Assembly (NCBI GenBank): GCA_034530875.2
Contig: JAVRCJ020000008.1
Location: forward strand, 189,296-253,295
DNA length: 64,000 nt
From: Nostoc sp. DedSLP01
Lineage (GTDB): Bacteria; Cyanobacteriota; Cyanobacteriia; Cyanobacteriales; Nostocaceae
Direction: 5' to 3'
In this document: piece by piece, positions 9,872 through 19,396 of the stretch
Numbering within the stretch: the stretch's first letter is position 1
Layout of the letters: the number at the start of each line of letters is the position of its first letter
Translations under genes and position numbers: made by a program
Notes under the pieces: generated by a model
Told to the model about the DNA's origin: nothing
Databases searched by the model: none
Seen by the model: only the letters and a program-made list of their open reading frames with translations

Positions 9872-10129
9872 TTTTAATACTCCTTTAGGCTACTTAATTT
9901 CAGTATTCCCAAAGTTGTAGAGGCGATCGCGTTTATTGAGAGGTAATTGAGAGAGTATTATCTAGATTTACAATATGAAGGTAATCAACTATCTCGAAGA
10001 TGAAGTCATAAGAGCGTTTAAGCTCTCAGGTATTTACTTTTTCAAAGCATTCTCGATATATCAAGGGTTAGGGTTTTTAAAAGGTGCAATTTGTGGGTGC
10101 GACAGATGAGTATAAACTAATGAAATTGA

Positions 10130-10372
10130 ATGGAGAAATCAATGCGTAAACAAATCATCGAATATACCTCTCCACTAGATGCACTGATTGCCCTTACCAG
10201 ACAGTTAAATACCTATGAAATAAAGTACCAAATGACTTCAGAAGAATTTTTTGCAAAATATAGTCAAGGAGAAACTTCCGACGATGAAGTATTTATCGAA
10301 TGGGCAGCAAACTACCAACATTATTTAGCTCTACACCAAGATATAAAGAACAAACTCACAGATGTCGCGTGA
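10130..10372 (+). CDS. putative antitoxin (TumA-like)
   Basis: YEIKYQMTSEEFF...DDEVFIEWA; overlaps the downstream DUF6516-like ORF. Confidence 0.65.
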   Translation: MEKSMRKQIIEYTSPLDALIALTRQLNTYEIKYQMTSEEFFAKYSQGETSDDEVFIEWAANYQHYLALHQDIKNKLTDVA

Positions 10373-10745
10373 AGTTATCCAAGCCTATTTAGATGAAGTT
10401 GAGAAACTTTTACTCAACTGCTCTAACACATACGTTGAGGAATATAGTGCAGTAATTTTAACGACACAGAGAGCTAATCTCCGCATTAGGATACGTTTCG
10501 CTCTCAAATATTTATTAGCAGTCAGTGAAGCCTTTGTTATTGTCAATAATCAGATTAAATATATCGATTACCGCTATCACTTTCAAGATGAGCAAAATAG
10601 TCTGATTTTTCGTTATGACAGTACACCACACTTTCCCAACTTACCTATCTTCCCGCACCATAAACATCTTTTTGATAACGTAATTGCTTGTGAAAAGCCA
10701 CATATAGGCGATGTGTTACAAGAAGTGATGGAGTTTTTAAAGTAG
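10362..10745 (+). CDS. DUF6516/TumE-like putative toxin
   Basis: YRYHFQD...IFRYDSTPHFP...FPHHKH. Confidence 0.75.
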   Translation: MSREVIQAYLDEVEKLLLNCSNTYVEEYSAVILTTQRANLRIRIRFALKYLLAVSEAFVIVNNQIKYIDYRYHFQDEQNSLIFRYDSTPHFPNLPIFPHHKHLFDNVIACEKPHIGDVLQEVMEFLK

Positions 10746-10819
10746 GAATATGGAATTTGCATAGCAAAACATAACCATCAAATATGACCGTTAAAATTTT
10801 GCTCATCGATCTAGTTCTT

Positions 10820-12010
10820 CTAACTGCTAATCACAGCAATACATTCAATCTCTACCAAAACATTCTTAGGCAAGCGCGATACTTCAACACAAGCACGCGC
10901 TGGGGCTGTATTTTCCGGGAAATATTTGGCATAAACGGCATTTACCGCCGCAAAATCATTCATATCAGCCAGAAATACAGTAGTTTTCACCACATCTTCA
11001 AAAGTCGCCCCGGCTGCTGTGAGGATGGCTTCAAGATTAGCCATAACTTGCTCGGTTTGTTTTTTGACATCATCAGTGTAGACGACATCACCAAGGCGGG
11101 GATCGATCGCAATTTGTCCAGCTACAAATACCAATTGACCAGAAGCAGCGATCGCTTGATTATAAGGGCCGACTGGTGCGGGTGCGTTATCAGTACTAAT
11201 TACTTTACGAGTCATAGATATCACTTTCTCTAACGATGCTACCTGTTTACCGATTTCTATTTCAAAGGCGATCGGTTTGTAAACCTCTCCATCTGGCATT
11301 ATCGCACCAGTCAGGTCAGCATCTTGAAGATTGGCTGCGTAAATGTTGGCTCCCGTTAGGTCGGCTTTTCTGAGATTTGCTCCGTTCAGATTTACTTTCA
11401 TTAAATCTGCTTGTTGTAAATCTGCTCTCTCTAAATTTGTCTGTTTTAAACAGGCTTTTCTCAAATTTACGCCTCTGAGATTTGCTGCACCAAGATCGGC
11501 TTCAGCCAGATTCATACCAGACAAATTCTTTTGAGATAAATTAATACCCCGAATTTTGGCTCCCTGCAAATTAGTATCTTTGAGATGTATATGAATTAGG
11601 TTTGCTTGACTCAAATCAGCTTCCAACAAGTTAGCCCCACTTAAATTTGCACCACTGAGGTTGGCTCTCACAAGATTTGTGTTTTTTAAGGAAGCTTCAG
11701 TTAGATTGGCAGAATTTAGTGTAGCGTCACTCAAATTGGCATTGTCTAGGTCTGCCCAACTCAAATTTAAACTAGAACTATCCACCAAACCACTTAAGTT
11801 TGCGTTTGTCAGAGATACCCTAGTGAAATTTGTGCTTTTAAAACATGCTTTACTCAGATTCGCATTATTTAAATCTGCTCCTGTCAAATCCGCACTTGTT
11901 AAATCTATCCCACTTAGATTTGCACCCTTGAGGTTTACTCCTCTCAGATTTACTGACTCAAACTTACGTTGACCTTGTGCGTATTTTTTTAAAAGTTCCT
12001 CAGCATCCAT
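10820..12010 (-). CDS. pentapeptide-repeat protein fused to a RidA/Rid-family domain
   Basis: About 240 aa of A(D/N)LxX repeats, then [12 protein letters not shown]...AGQIAID...[23 protein letters not shown]. Confidence 0.9.
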   Translation of the reverse strand: MDAEELLKKYAQGQRKFESVNLRGVNLKGANLSGIDLTSADLTGADLNNANLSKACFKSTNFTRVSLTNANLSGLVDSSSLNLSWADLDNANLSDATLNSANLTEASLKNTNLVRANLSGANLSGANLLEADLSQANLIHIHLKDTNLQGAKIRGINLSQKNLSGMNLAEADLGAANLRGVNLRKACLKQTNLERADLQQADLMKVNLNGANLRKADLTGANIYAANLQDADLTGAIMPDGEVYKPIAFEIEIGKQVASLEKVISMTRKVISTDNAPAPVGPYNQAIAASGQLVFVAGQIAIDPRLGDVVYTDDVKKQTEQVMANLEAILTAAGATFEDVVKTTVFLADMNDFAAVNAVYAKYFPENTAPARACVEVSRLPKNVLVEIECIAVISS

Positions 12011-12120
12011 AATGCACCTTTAAATACCACTGACACAGTATAATCACAAAAACTTTGTGTCACACGTATTTCAGGCTCTGCCTTTCTATACGCTCTCTTC
12101 GCCTGGAGTGGTTCGTTCCT

Positions 12121-12153
12121 CTACCCCAACCTTGGACGTATTCCATAATGCCG
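12121..12153 (-). repeat. duplicate of the last 11 codons of the NUDIX gene
   Basis: Encodes [10 protein letters not shown] like 12527..12559; three synonymous differences. Confidence 0.9.
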
Positions 12154-12212
12154 TCAAATCGGCATCGCGATCGCACTCGTATAATACTGTTACGATAAAC
12201 TGCAAAACATAA

Positions 12213-12530
12213 TTGATGAATATTAAAGAATTACTACTCAAAGAAATTGAATCATCCTCAGATGTTTTACTAGCTCAAACGCTAGATTTTTTACGTTTTC
12301 TCAAAACAAAACCAACAACTGAGGAAATATCTCTTAACCTGTCAACGGAAAAAAATGATGATACTTCCAACCATGAAACGAAACCGGAAATACAGGAAGC
12401 AAGACCAATTATTAAAGGCTCTAAAGCAGAAAACTTGCTAAAATTTGCAGGAACTTGGCAAGGGGATGATTTTGAGGAGTGCTTGCAGTTCGTTTGCAAA
12501 ACTCGTTCCCCTGCTCAACTCGATTTTTAA
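12213..12530 (+). CDS. DUF2281-like orphan antitoxin-type protein
   Basis: [13 protein letters not shown] and [17 protein letters not shown]. Confidence 0.6.
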   Translation: MMNIKELLLKEIESSSDVLLAQTLDFLRFLKTKPTTEEISLNLSTEKNDDTSNHETKPEIQEARPIIKGSKAENLLKFAGTWQGDDFEECLQFVCKTRSPAQLDF

Positions 12531-12958
12531 CCCAACCTTGGACGTATCCCATAATGCCGATATCGCCAATAATCCTGCAAAATGCGATCGTGGTCAAAAC
12601 ATAAATTACTCGGTACGCGCCAAGACTCAAAAATTCCTACGCCTTTAGCATCATCTCCAGCCACAGGTTCTCCCGTCGCCGTCGCCAAAAATACAATACT
12701 AATGGTATGTTGACGCGGATCGCGATTGGGGTCAGAATACACCAGTAATTGTTCGATTAATTCGACCTGCAAACCAGTTTCTTCCTGGGCTTCTCGCCGC
12801 GCCGCCACTTCTACAGCTTCCCCATAATCCACAAAACCGCCAGGAATAGCCCAACCTAAGGGCGAATTATGTCTTTCAATTAACACTATTGGTCGATGAG
12901 GTCGATCTACTAGTTCAATGATGATATCAACTGTCGGTGTAGGATTTCGGTAAGTCAT
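12527..12958 (-). CDS. NUDIX hydrolase
   Basis: [24 protein letters not shown]udix box. Confidence 0.95.
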   Translation of the reverse strand: MTYRNPTPTVDIIIELVDRPHRPIVLIERHNSPLGWAIPGGFVDYGEAVEVAARREAQEETGLQVELIEQLLVYSDPNRDPRQHTISIVFLATATGEPVAGDDAKGVGIFESWRVPSNLCFDHDRILQDYWRYRHYGIRPRLG

Positions 12959-13132
12959 AGTTATTAGTCATTAGTCATTGGTCATTAGTCATTTACAAAC
13001 TGACAAATGACTAACGACAAGTAAAATGAGTTTACTGGATTTTCCTTGTAAATACTGATGTGTGATAAATTCGATGCGATCGCGTAGCATTTTGTTGTGG
13101 CGATCGCTTGCTCCTATAATTTCAGGTTAAAT

Positions 13133-14641
13133 ATGCCTTTTCCTAGATCTAGTGGAATTCTGCTGCATCCTACTTCTTTTCCCAGTCGATTTGGCATTGG
13201 GGATTTAGGTTTAGAAGCTTATCGCTTTATTGATTTTCTCAAAGAAAGCTATCAACAATATTGGCAAGTTTTACCTTTAGGCCCCACTGCATACGGAAAT
13301 TCACCGTATATGTGCTACTCAGCAATGGCGGGAAATCCTCTACTGATTAGCCCAGAGAAACTTTTAGAAGAAGGTTTATTAGCTGAAGAAGACTTTGCTA
13401 ATCTACCAGCATTTTCCGAAGAAAAATTAGATTTCGAGCAAGTTCTACCAATCAAGGTTGCGCTACTCAAAAAAGCCTGTGAAAACTTTAAAACTAATGC
13501 TAGCCCTATTCAGCAGCGAGAGTTTGCAGGTTTTTGCGACAGTAAGGCTTATTGGCTAGACAATTATGCCTTATTTATGGCACTGAAAGATGATAACCAA
13601 GGAGCAAGCTGGCATAAATGGGAGCCTGAATTAGTCAAGCGCGAACCAGAAGCATTAGATAAAGTACAGCGCCGCCTCAATGCAGAAATTTTTTATTACA
13701 AGTTCGTTCAGTTTGAATTTTTCCGCCAGTGGTCAGACCTGAAAAGCTACGCCAACATGCGCGATATAGAGATTATCGGCGATATTCCTATTTACGTAGC
13801 TCATGATAGTGCCGATGTCTGGGCGCACCCCGACATTTTTGCTTTAGACGAAGAGACGGGAGAAGCGGCCGAAATGGCAGGAGTTCCACCAGATTACTTT
13901 AGCGCCACCGGCCAATTGTGGGGGAACCCGGTTTATAACTGGGAGGAATTAGAAAAACAAGACTTTAAGTGGTGGGTGCAGCGCTTTGAGGCGATGCTCG
14001 ATTATGTAGACATAATTCGCATTGACCACTTCCGAGGTTTTGAAGCTTATTGGTCTGTACCCCACGGCGAAGAAACAGCCATTAACGGCAAATGGATAGA
14101 AGCGCCTGGAGAAGCTTTTTTTGAAGTCATTAGAGAAAAGTTGGGCAAACTACCCGTGTTGGCGGAAGATTTGGGAGTGATTACACCAGAGGTAGAAGCA
14201 CTGCGGGACAAATTTGAATTTCCGGGAATGAAAGTTTTGCAATTTGCCTTTGGTTCCGATCCTGCCAATCCGTTTTTACCATTCAATTACCCGCGAAATG
14301 CTGTAGTTTATACCGGAACACACGACAACGACACCACTGTTGGCTGGTTCAATACAGCTAGCGACTACGAAAAGCAAAACTTATTGCTTTATTTAGGTTG
14401 TATCAGTTCTGAAGGCATCCACTGGGATTTAATTCGACTAGCATTGAGTTCCGTTGCCAATCAAGCAATTATTCCTTTGCAAGATGTTTTGGGATTAGGT
14501 AATGAAGCACGGATGAATTTTCCCAGTATTCCTGAAGGGAATTGGGAGTGGCGCTATAAAGCAGGAGCCTTAACGGAGGAATTAAGCTCGAGGCTGAAAG
14601 CTCTCACCAGACTCAATGGACGCGCCCCGCAACAGCCTTGA
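13133..14641 (+). CDS. malQ: 4-alpha-glucanotransferase
   Basis: SGILLHPTSFP, RIDHFRGF, AEDLG and YTGTHDNDT. Confidence 0.97.
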   Translation: MPFPRSSGILLHPTSFPSRFGIGDLGLEAYRFIDFLKESYQQYWQVLPLGPTAYGNSPYMCYSAMAGNPLLISPEKLLEEGLLAEEDFANLPAFSEEKLDFEQVLPIKVALLKKACENFKTNASPIQQREFAGFCDSKAYWLDNYALFMALKDDNQGASWHKWEPELVKREPEALDKVQRRLNAEIFYYKFVQFEFFRQWSDLKSYANMRDIEIIGDIPIYVAHDSADVWAHPDIFALDEETGEAAEMAGVPPDYFSATGQLWGNPVYNWEELEKQDFKWWVQRFEAMLDYVDIIRIDHFRGFEAYWSVPHGEETAINGKWIEAPGEAFFEVIREKLGKLPVLAEDLGVITPEVEALRDKFEFPGMKVLQFAFGSDPANPFLPFNYPRNAVVYTGTHDNDTTVGWFNTASDYEKQNLLLYLGCISSEGIHWDLIRLALSSVANQAIIPLQDVLGLGNEARMNFPSIPEGNWEWRYKAGALTEELSSRLKALTRLNGRAPQQP

Positions 14642-14683
14642 GTAACGAGTGTTGAGTTCTGAGCGAGGCAAGGGGGGCACTTG

Positions 14684-14733
14684 TACAGACGCGATTAATC
14701 GCGTCTGTAAAAGAGACGCGATTAATCGTGCCT
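14684..14733. repeat. perfect 26-bp palindrome plus a degenerate copy between convergent genes (REP-like or bidirectional terminator)
   Basis: TACAGACGCGATTAATCGCGTCTGTA. Confidence 0.75.
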
Positions 14734-14742
14734 CTTCATTCC

Positions 14743-15585
14743 CTAATACCTTGACTTAGCTGCAATCTTAATTTCTTCTTCTTTCCCGAACTCTCCCATT
14801 TTTCTGGGTTTCTCTTGATTAACACTCATTAGGACACCACCAGCATTATCAGTTTTCACTGTTAATTGTTCTTGAGCTTTCCAAATGCGGTGAGTACCCT
14901 CAGGTAAAGTACCCTCAAACTCGGTTTTGCCATCAGCTACTACACGAATCCAGGATGATGCTTTCAAGGTAACGCCAATTTGTACAACCTCTTTTTGTTT
15001 AACGCTAGTTGAGGTGTCACTGACAGGTTGAACTTCTAGTGGTGATTGTTTTTGTTCGGTTACTTCTGGTTTGGCTTGTTCTGGCTTAACCTGGGGCTTT
15101 TGTTCTAGGTATGGTTCGTCTTGAGTATTACTTGCTTGTAGTACGGCATTATTTAATAGCACAGATAAGCCATTTACAGAGCATAAAATTAGCAATATGT
15201 AAAGAAAGTAAAGATGAATAGGACGTAATTGATTTAGAGGTGAAGGATTCCCCAGAGGTTGGGAGCTTATTTGTGGAGAATTAATCGGAAAAGTTTCAGC
15301 TAATTCATTTCCATTCAAGCCCAGGGCGTCGGCAAATTGTCGGATCAAACCTTGAATATAAACGGGTTCTGGCAGATCGTTTACATTACCTTCTTCGATC
15401 GCCTGCAATAATCGCTGGGGAATCATGGTCAACATCACCACTTGCTCCAGAGACAAACCCTGTTCTTGGCGTGAAGCCCAAAGTTGAGCGCCTATTTCTG
15501 CCAATTTTTGAGATCTTTGTTCTTCTAATGAAAGTGGTGGCTGGCGATCGTTTTTCTTTCTTGGCCATTTCATACCTTCTGACAC
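14743..15585 (-). CDS. RodZ-like HTH / transmembrane / DUF4115 protein
   Basis: LQAIEEG...LPEPVYIQGLIRQFADALGL, a TM segment, and SWIRVVADGKTEFEG. Confidence 0.85.
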   Translation of the reverse strand: MSEGMKWPRKKNDRQPPLSLEEQRSQKLAEIGAQLWASRQEQGLSLEQVVMLTMIPQRLLQAIEEGNVNDLPEPVYIQGLIRQFADALGLNGNELAETFPINSPQISSQPLGNPSPLNQLRPIHLYFLYILLILCSVNGLSVLLNNAVLQASNTQDEPYLEQKPQVKPEQAKPEVTEQKQSPLEVQPVSDTSTSVKQKEVVQIGVTLKASSWIRVVADGKTEFEGTLPEGTHRIWKAQEQLTVKTDNAGGVLMSVNQEKPRKMGEFGKEEEIKIAAKSRY

Positions 15586-15846
15586 TCCTTAACTCAACTA
15601 AATCTTTAATAGGTCACTTGAACAGGAAAGAATTCCCCAATTCAGAAGCCAGAATCCAGAATTCAGAATTCAGTATGAATTTGTAACTGTTTTCATGAAT
15701 AATAAACGGGTTTAAAACCCCTAAACAAATCTACGATTTGGTGAGCCTGCACTGCAAGCAAATTTTCTTGTGTGACCTTGGCCACATTCACTCAAACAAC
15801 ATTTACGAGCCTCGCCCAAAAAGCGATCGCCTTTTAGCTAGCACTC

Positions 15847-16629
15847 TCAAACCCCATCTACTTCAATTCTCGATTCTGACTCCTGCTCTATTTGCTCTCG
15901 CAAAAACTGAATTTCACTATCTTTGAGTAAACGATATTTGCCCTCTGCTAAAAAAGGTTCTTTTGGTGTTTGTAATTGAATTGAGCCGATCGCAATGCGA
16001 TGCAGCTGTATTACTGGATATCCTAATTGTTCTGCTATACGGCGAATCTGGCGATTTCTTCCCTCCTGTAAGACAATTTCTAACAAGCTTCCTTCGGTAC
16101 GATGTTCTATGAGTTTTACTTTAGCGGGTCGTGTTTTTCTACCGTCCAAAATCACGCCCTGACGCCACATCCGTAATAATGCTTCTGGAGGGTGTCCTTT
16201 CACCAAAACATGATATGTCTTGGAAATGCTGTGACGTGGATGGGTTAGCCCAAACGTCAAGTCTCCGTCATTTGTCAGGATTAATGCTCCTGTGGAGTCT
16301 GCATCCAGACGCCCAACTGGATGAATACCGGAACCTTCTCGCAATTGTTTCGGTAGTAAATCTAGGACTGTTGGTCGTCCTTGAGGATCGTAACAAGTGG
16401 AAACTACTCCAGCTGGTTTGTGCAGCAATAGGTAAATTAAAGCTGGACGGTGCTTTCTGGATACAAGCTTGCCATCAATCGCGATCGCATCTTTTTCGGG
16501 ATCGACTTTTTGGCCTAAATGTGCCAATACTCCATTGATCCGCACTCGCGATCGCCTAATCATTTCTTCAGCTTCACGACGTGAGGCAATACCCCATTGA
16601 GCTAGAACTTTTTGTAACCGTGCCTCCAT
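15847..16629 (-). CDS. RsuA/RluB-family rRNA pseudouridine synthase
   Basis: RLQKVLAQWGIASRR, PVGRLDADSTG, EGRNRQIRR. Confidence 0.95.
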   Translation of the reverse strand: MEARLQKVLAQWGIASRREAEEMIRRSRVRINGVLAHLGQKVDPEKDAIAIDGKLVSRKHRPALIYLLLHKPAGVVSTCYDPQGRPTVLDLLPKQLREGSGIHPVGRLDADSTGALILTNDGDLTFGLTHPRHSISKTYHVLVKGHPPEALLRMWRQGVILDGRKTRPAKVKLIEHRTEGSLLEIVLQEGRNRQIRRIAEQLGYPVIQLHRIAIGSIQLQTPKEPFLAEGKYRLLKDSEIQFLREQIEQESESRIEVDGV

Positions 16630-16743
16630 GTATAAATTACTGATTTACTGTTAACTATTAAATGATATTTGCATTTTGTAGCGATTAGGCATAAATGTTA
16701 CATTTCGGTTGTTGAGCAAATACTCATAAACTCCAGTAGTTAG

Positions 16744-17457
16744 ATGTCAGAGCAAAATTCCCAAACAACAAACGCAAACAAAATCCGCATAATTACGCAA
16801 GCACTCACAACAGCATTAAAACTGTGGTTGAGGTCGCAAGTCAGCGAAATATCTGAACTAGAAGTGGAGATTAAAGCCAGCGATCGCCAGATTCTCTCTG
16901 GACGCATTCCTGCGGTATCTATTTTTGCTAGTCATGCAGTTTATCGAGGACTCCTAATTACAGAAATTAAATTAACCGCAGAAAATATTCAGATAAACAT
17001 CGGGCAAATACTCAGGGGAAAGCCCTTGCGACTGTTACAAGTAGTACCAGTTGTTGGTGATTTGACCGTAGACGAAAAAGATCTCAATGCTTCTCTCTCA
17101 TCTGATTTATTATCGACTGCTTTAAGCGATTTACTGGTTAAGGTTTTACCAACACATTGCCCAAAAACACAACCGATTAATTGGCAAGAAATTATTCTTG
17201 AGAACAACCAAATTATACTGCTCGGTTTTAAAGTCACCAATAGCGAAACAACACCTTTGAAAATTTCTCTAGGCTTGCAATTACTCAATGGTCATGAATT
17301 AGAAGTGACACGCATCCAAATCAACGATGACCGCAAAGAATTATTACCAGAAAACGATCGTTACAATTTCGATCTTGGCTCAGATGTTGATATTCAAGAA
17401 CTGACACTGATCCCAGGCAAGCTAGTATGTCGCGGACGGATTAACGTTAATCCCTAA
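16744..17457 (+). CDS. DUF2993 (LmeA-like) protein
   Basis: LWLRSQVS...QILSGRIP...GKPLRLL. Confidence 0.75.
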   Translation: MSEQNSQTTNANKIRIITQALTTALKLWLRSQVSEISELEVEIKASDRQILSGRIPAVSIFASHAVYRGLLITEIKLTAENIQINIGQILRGKPLRLLQVVPVVGDLTVDEKDLNASLSSDLLSTALSDLLVKVLPTHCPKTQPINWQEIILENNQIILLGFKVTNSETTPLKISLGLQLLNGHELEVTRIQINDDRKELLPENDRYNFDLGSDVDIQELTLIPGKLVCRGRINVNP

Positions 17458-17659
17458 AAGGGACTGGGGACTGGGAGTGGTGAGTGAGGTCAAGACACGA
17501 TTAACCTTTGTCTTGCGGGAGTTAGGAGTGTGAGGATTGGGAGAGCAGGGGAGGTGTGGGAGGATGGGGAAGAAATCTTTGCCCCCTCTTTCCCCGCACT
17601 CCCCCATCTACGTTGCTCTCCCCAACCCCTAGTCACCAGTCACCAGTCCCCAATCCCTT

Positions 17660-18550
17660 TTACCCATCCGTTATTAGCGGCAAAATTAGTGTTACGAAAT
17701 AGTAAACCAAAGGTGCTGTAAAAATATAACTATCAGTACGGTCTAAAATACCACCGTGTCCAGGAATTAGTTGTCCGGAATCTTTGACTCCAGCATCTCG
17801 TTTGAGCATGGATTCCGTGAGATCCCCTAAAAGGCTAGCAATACCAATTAACAAACCCAATGCTAAACCAGTAACCAAGGATCTAGGCAAGTGCAGATAA
17901 TAAGCTCCAGCTAAAGCTACAGCAACGCTGGAGGTAATACCAAATACGGCACCTTCTACGGTTTTCTTCGGGCTAATTTCAGACAAACGAGTTTTACCAA
18001 AGAATTTGCCGATTGTATAAGCACCAATATCAGCTGCCCAAATACATAGCAAAGTCAGTAGTGTTAGCGTCAAACCTTGTGGTAAGGAGGTAGAATTTGC
18101 CTTTGCCCAAAAATCTGCCCAGGTTGCAGGCCAGTAAGCTCCTAAAGGGAGGTTACTAAAACTAGCACTATCAATTGCTCGCAATCGCACCCAATAACTC
18201 GGTAAATAACCTACGTAAAATAACCCCATAATTGAAGCGGAAATATCGGCAATGGTGGCAAATTTGGGTTGAAATAGCAGGTAAAAACAAATTAGCGTCC
18301 CGGCTATTGGCATCACGGCATCAGCTAAACTGCCATCAAGGGTACAAATCGCCAGCAAGACAAGACTTGCAGCCATAGTGGTTTTAGCAGCTGGAGCAAT
18401 GCCTCTGGCTCGTACCAAATTAAAATATTCCTCTTGACCCAAAAACACCACGATCGCAAACATGATGGTAAAGTACCAACCCCCTAAAAGGGTCACACTA
18501 AGAGCAAGAGCGATCGCTACAATTCCACTAATAATCCGAGACCAAGGCAT
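17660..18550 (-). CDS. cdsA: phosphatidate cytidylyltransferase
   Basis: ISPKKTVEG, KRDAGVKDSGQLIPGHGGILDRTDS. Confidence 0.96.
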   Translation of the reverse strand: MPWSRIISGIVAIALALSVTLLGGWYFTIMFAIVVFLGQEEYFNLVRARGIAPAAKTTMAASLVLLAICTLDGSLADAVMPIAGTLICFYLLFQPKFATIADISASIMGLFYVGYLPSYWVRLRAIDSASFSNLPLGAYWPATWADFWAKANSTSLPQGLTLTLLTLLCIWAADIGAYTIGKFFGKTRLSEISPKKTVEGAVFGITSSVAVALAGAYYLHLPRSLVTGLALGLLIGIASLLGDLTESMLKRDAGVKDSGQLIPGHGGILDRTDSYIFTAPLVYYFVTLILPLITDG

Positions 18551-18698
18551 AGAAGTATTGGGTACTGGGGACTGGGGATTGGGGATTGGGGATTGGTTAC
18601 TGGGTACTGAGTAATGGGTATTGAGTAATGGGGATTCGGTTATGGGAAACTCTTCTCTAATTCCCAGTCACCAATCCCCAGTCACCAGTCCCCAACCC

Positions 18699-19301
18699 CT
18701 AATCCAGTTTCTCACCACTAAGTATAAAAATGGGATCGACAGCGGTAAAGGTTTGAGAAAAGCCGCGCGTTTCTAAGCGGTTAACAGCAGATTGGACGAC
18801 TTCGATATTTCTAGCCCTTAATAGCGAAAAACTTTGAGAAATCGCATATAGACTTTCTAGATTAGCAGCTGTAGCCACAACCCTACCTGATGGCGGTAAA
18901 TATTCCCAAGCAGCTTGCAGAATTTCCTGAACGGGGCGTCCTCCCTCGATACAAACGCGGTGAGGAGTCACCTTGAGATCCTGCAAACATTCTGGGGCGC
19001 TACCTTCAATGACTTCAACGTTGTTGACTTCAAAGCGATCGCAGTTACGCTTAATCAGATTAGCTACTTCTTCATCTCTTTCTACAGCGATAATCTTTCC
19101 CTTTGGACAGAGTAATCCCGCTTCTACGGGAATTGTACCCGTTCCCGCACCAATGTCCCACAATACCGAATCTGGTTGTAGCCGCAGTTGAGCAATTAAC
19201 AAAAGTCGCACTTCTCGCTGGCTGAGAGGAATTCCTGGCAAATGCTCGAATAACTCATCGGGAATACCAGGAGTAATATAAGGCCAAAGTTGGGAGGGCA
19301 T
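18699..19301 (-). CDS. cbiT: precorrin-6Y C5,15-methyltransferase subunit
   Basis: PGIPDELF, LWDIGAGTGTIPVE. Confidence 0.92.
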   Translation of the reverse strand: MPSQLWPYITPGIPDELFEHLPGIPLSQREVRLLLIAQLRLQPDSVLWDIGAGTGTIPVEAGLLCPKGKIIAVERDEEVANLIKRNCDRFEVNNVEVIEGSAPECLQDLKVTPHRVCIEGGRPVQEILQAAWEYLPPSGRVVATAANLESLYAISQSFSLLRARNIEVVQSAVNRLETRGFSQTFTAVDPIFILSGEKLD

Positions 19302-19396
19302 AAGATCGCACAATTATACTAAAAGATATTGGCTTGCTAAATTGAAAAGTTATAAGCTATCAAAACTTTTAAAACATAGCATTATAAGAAACTATA

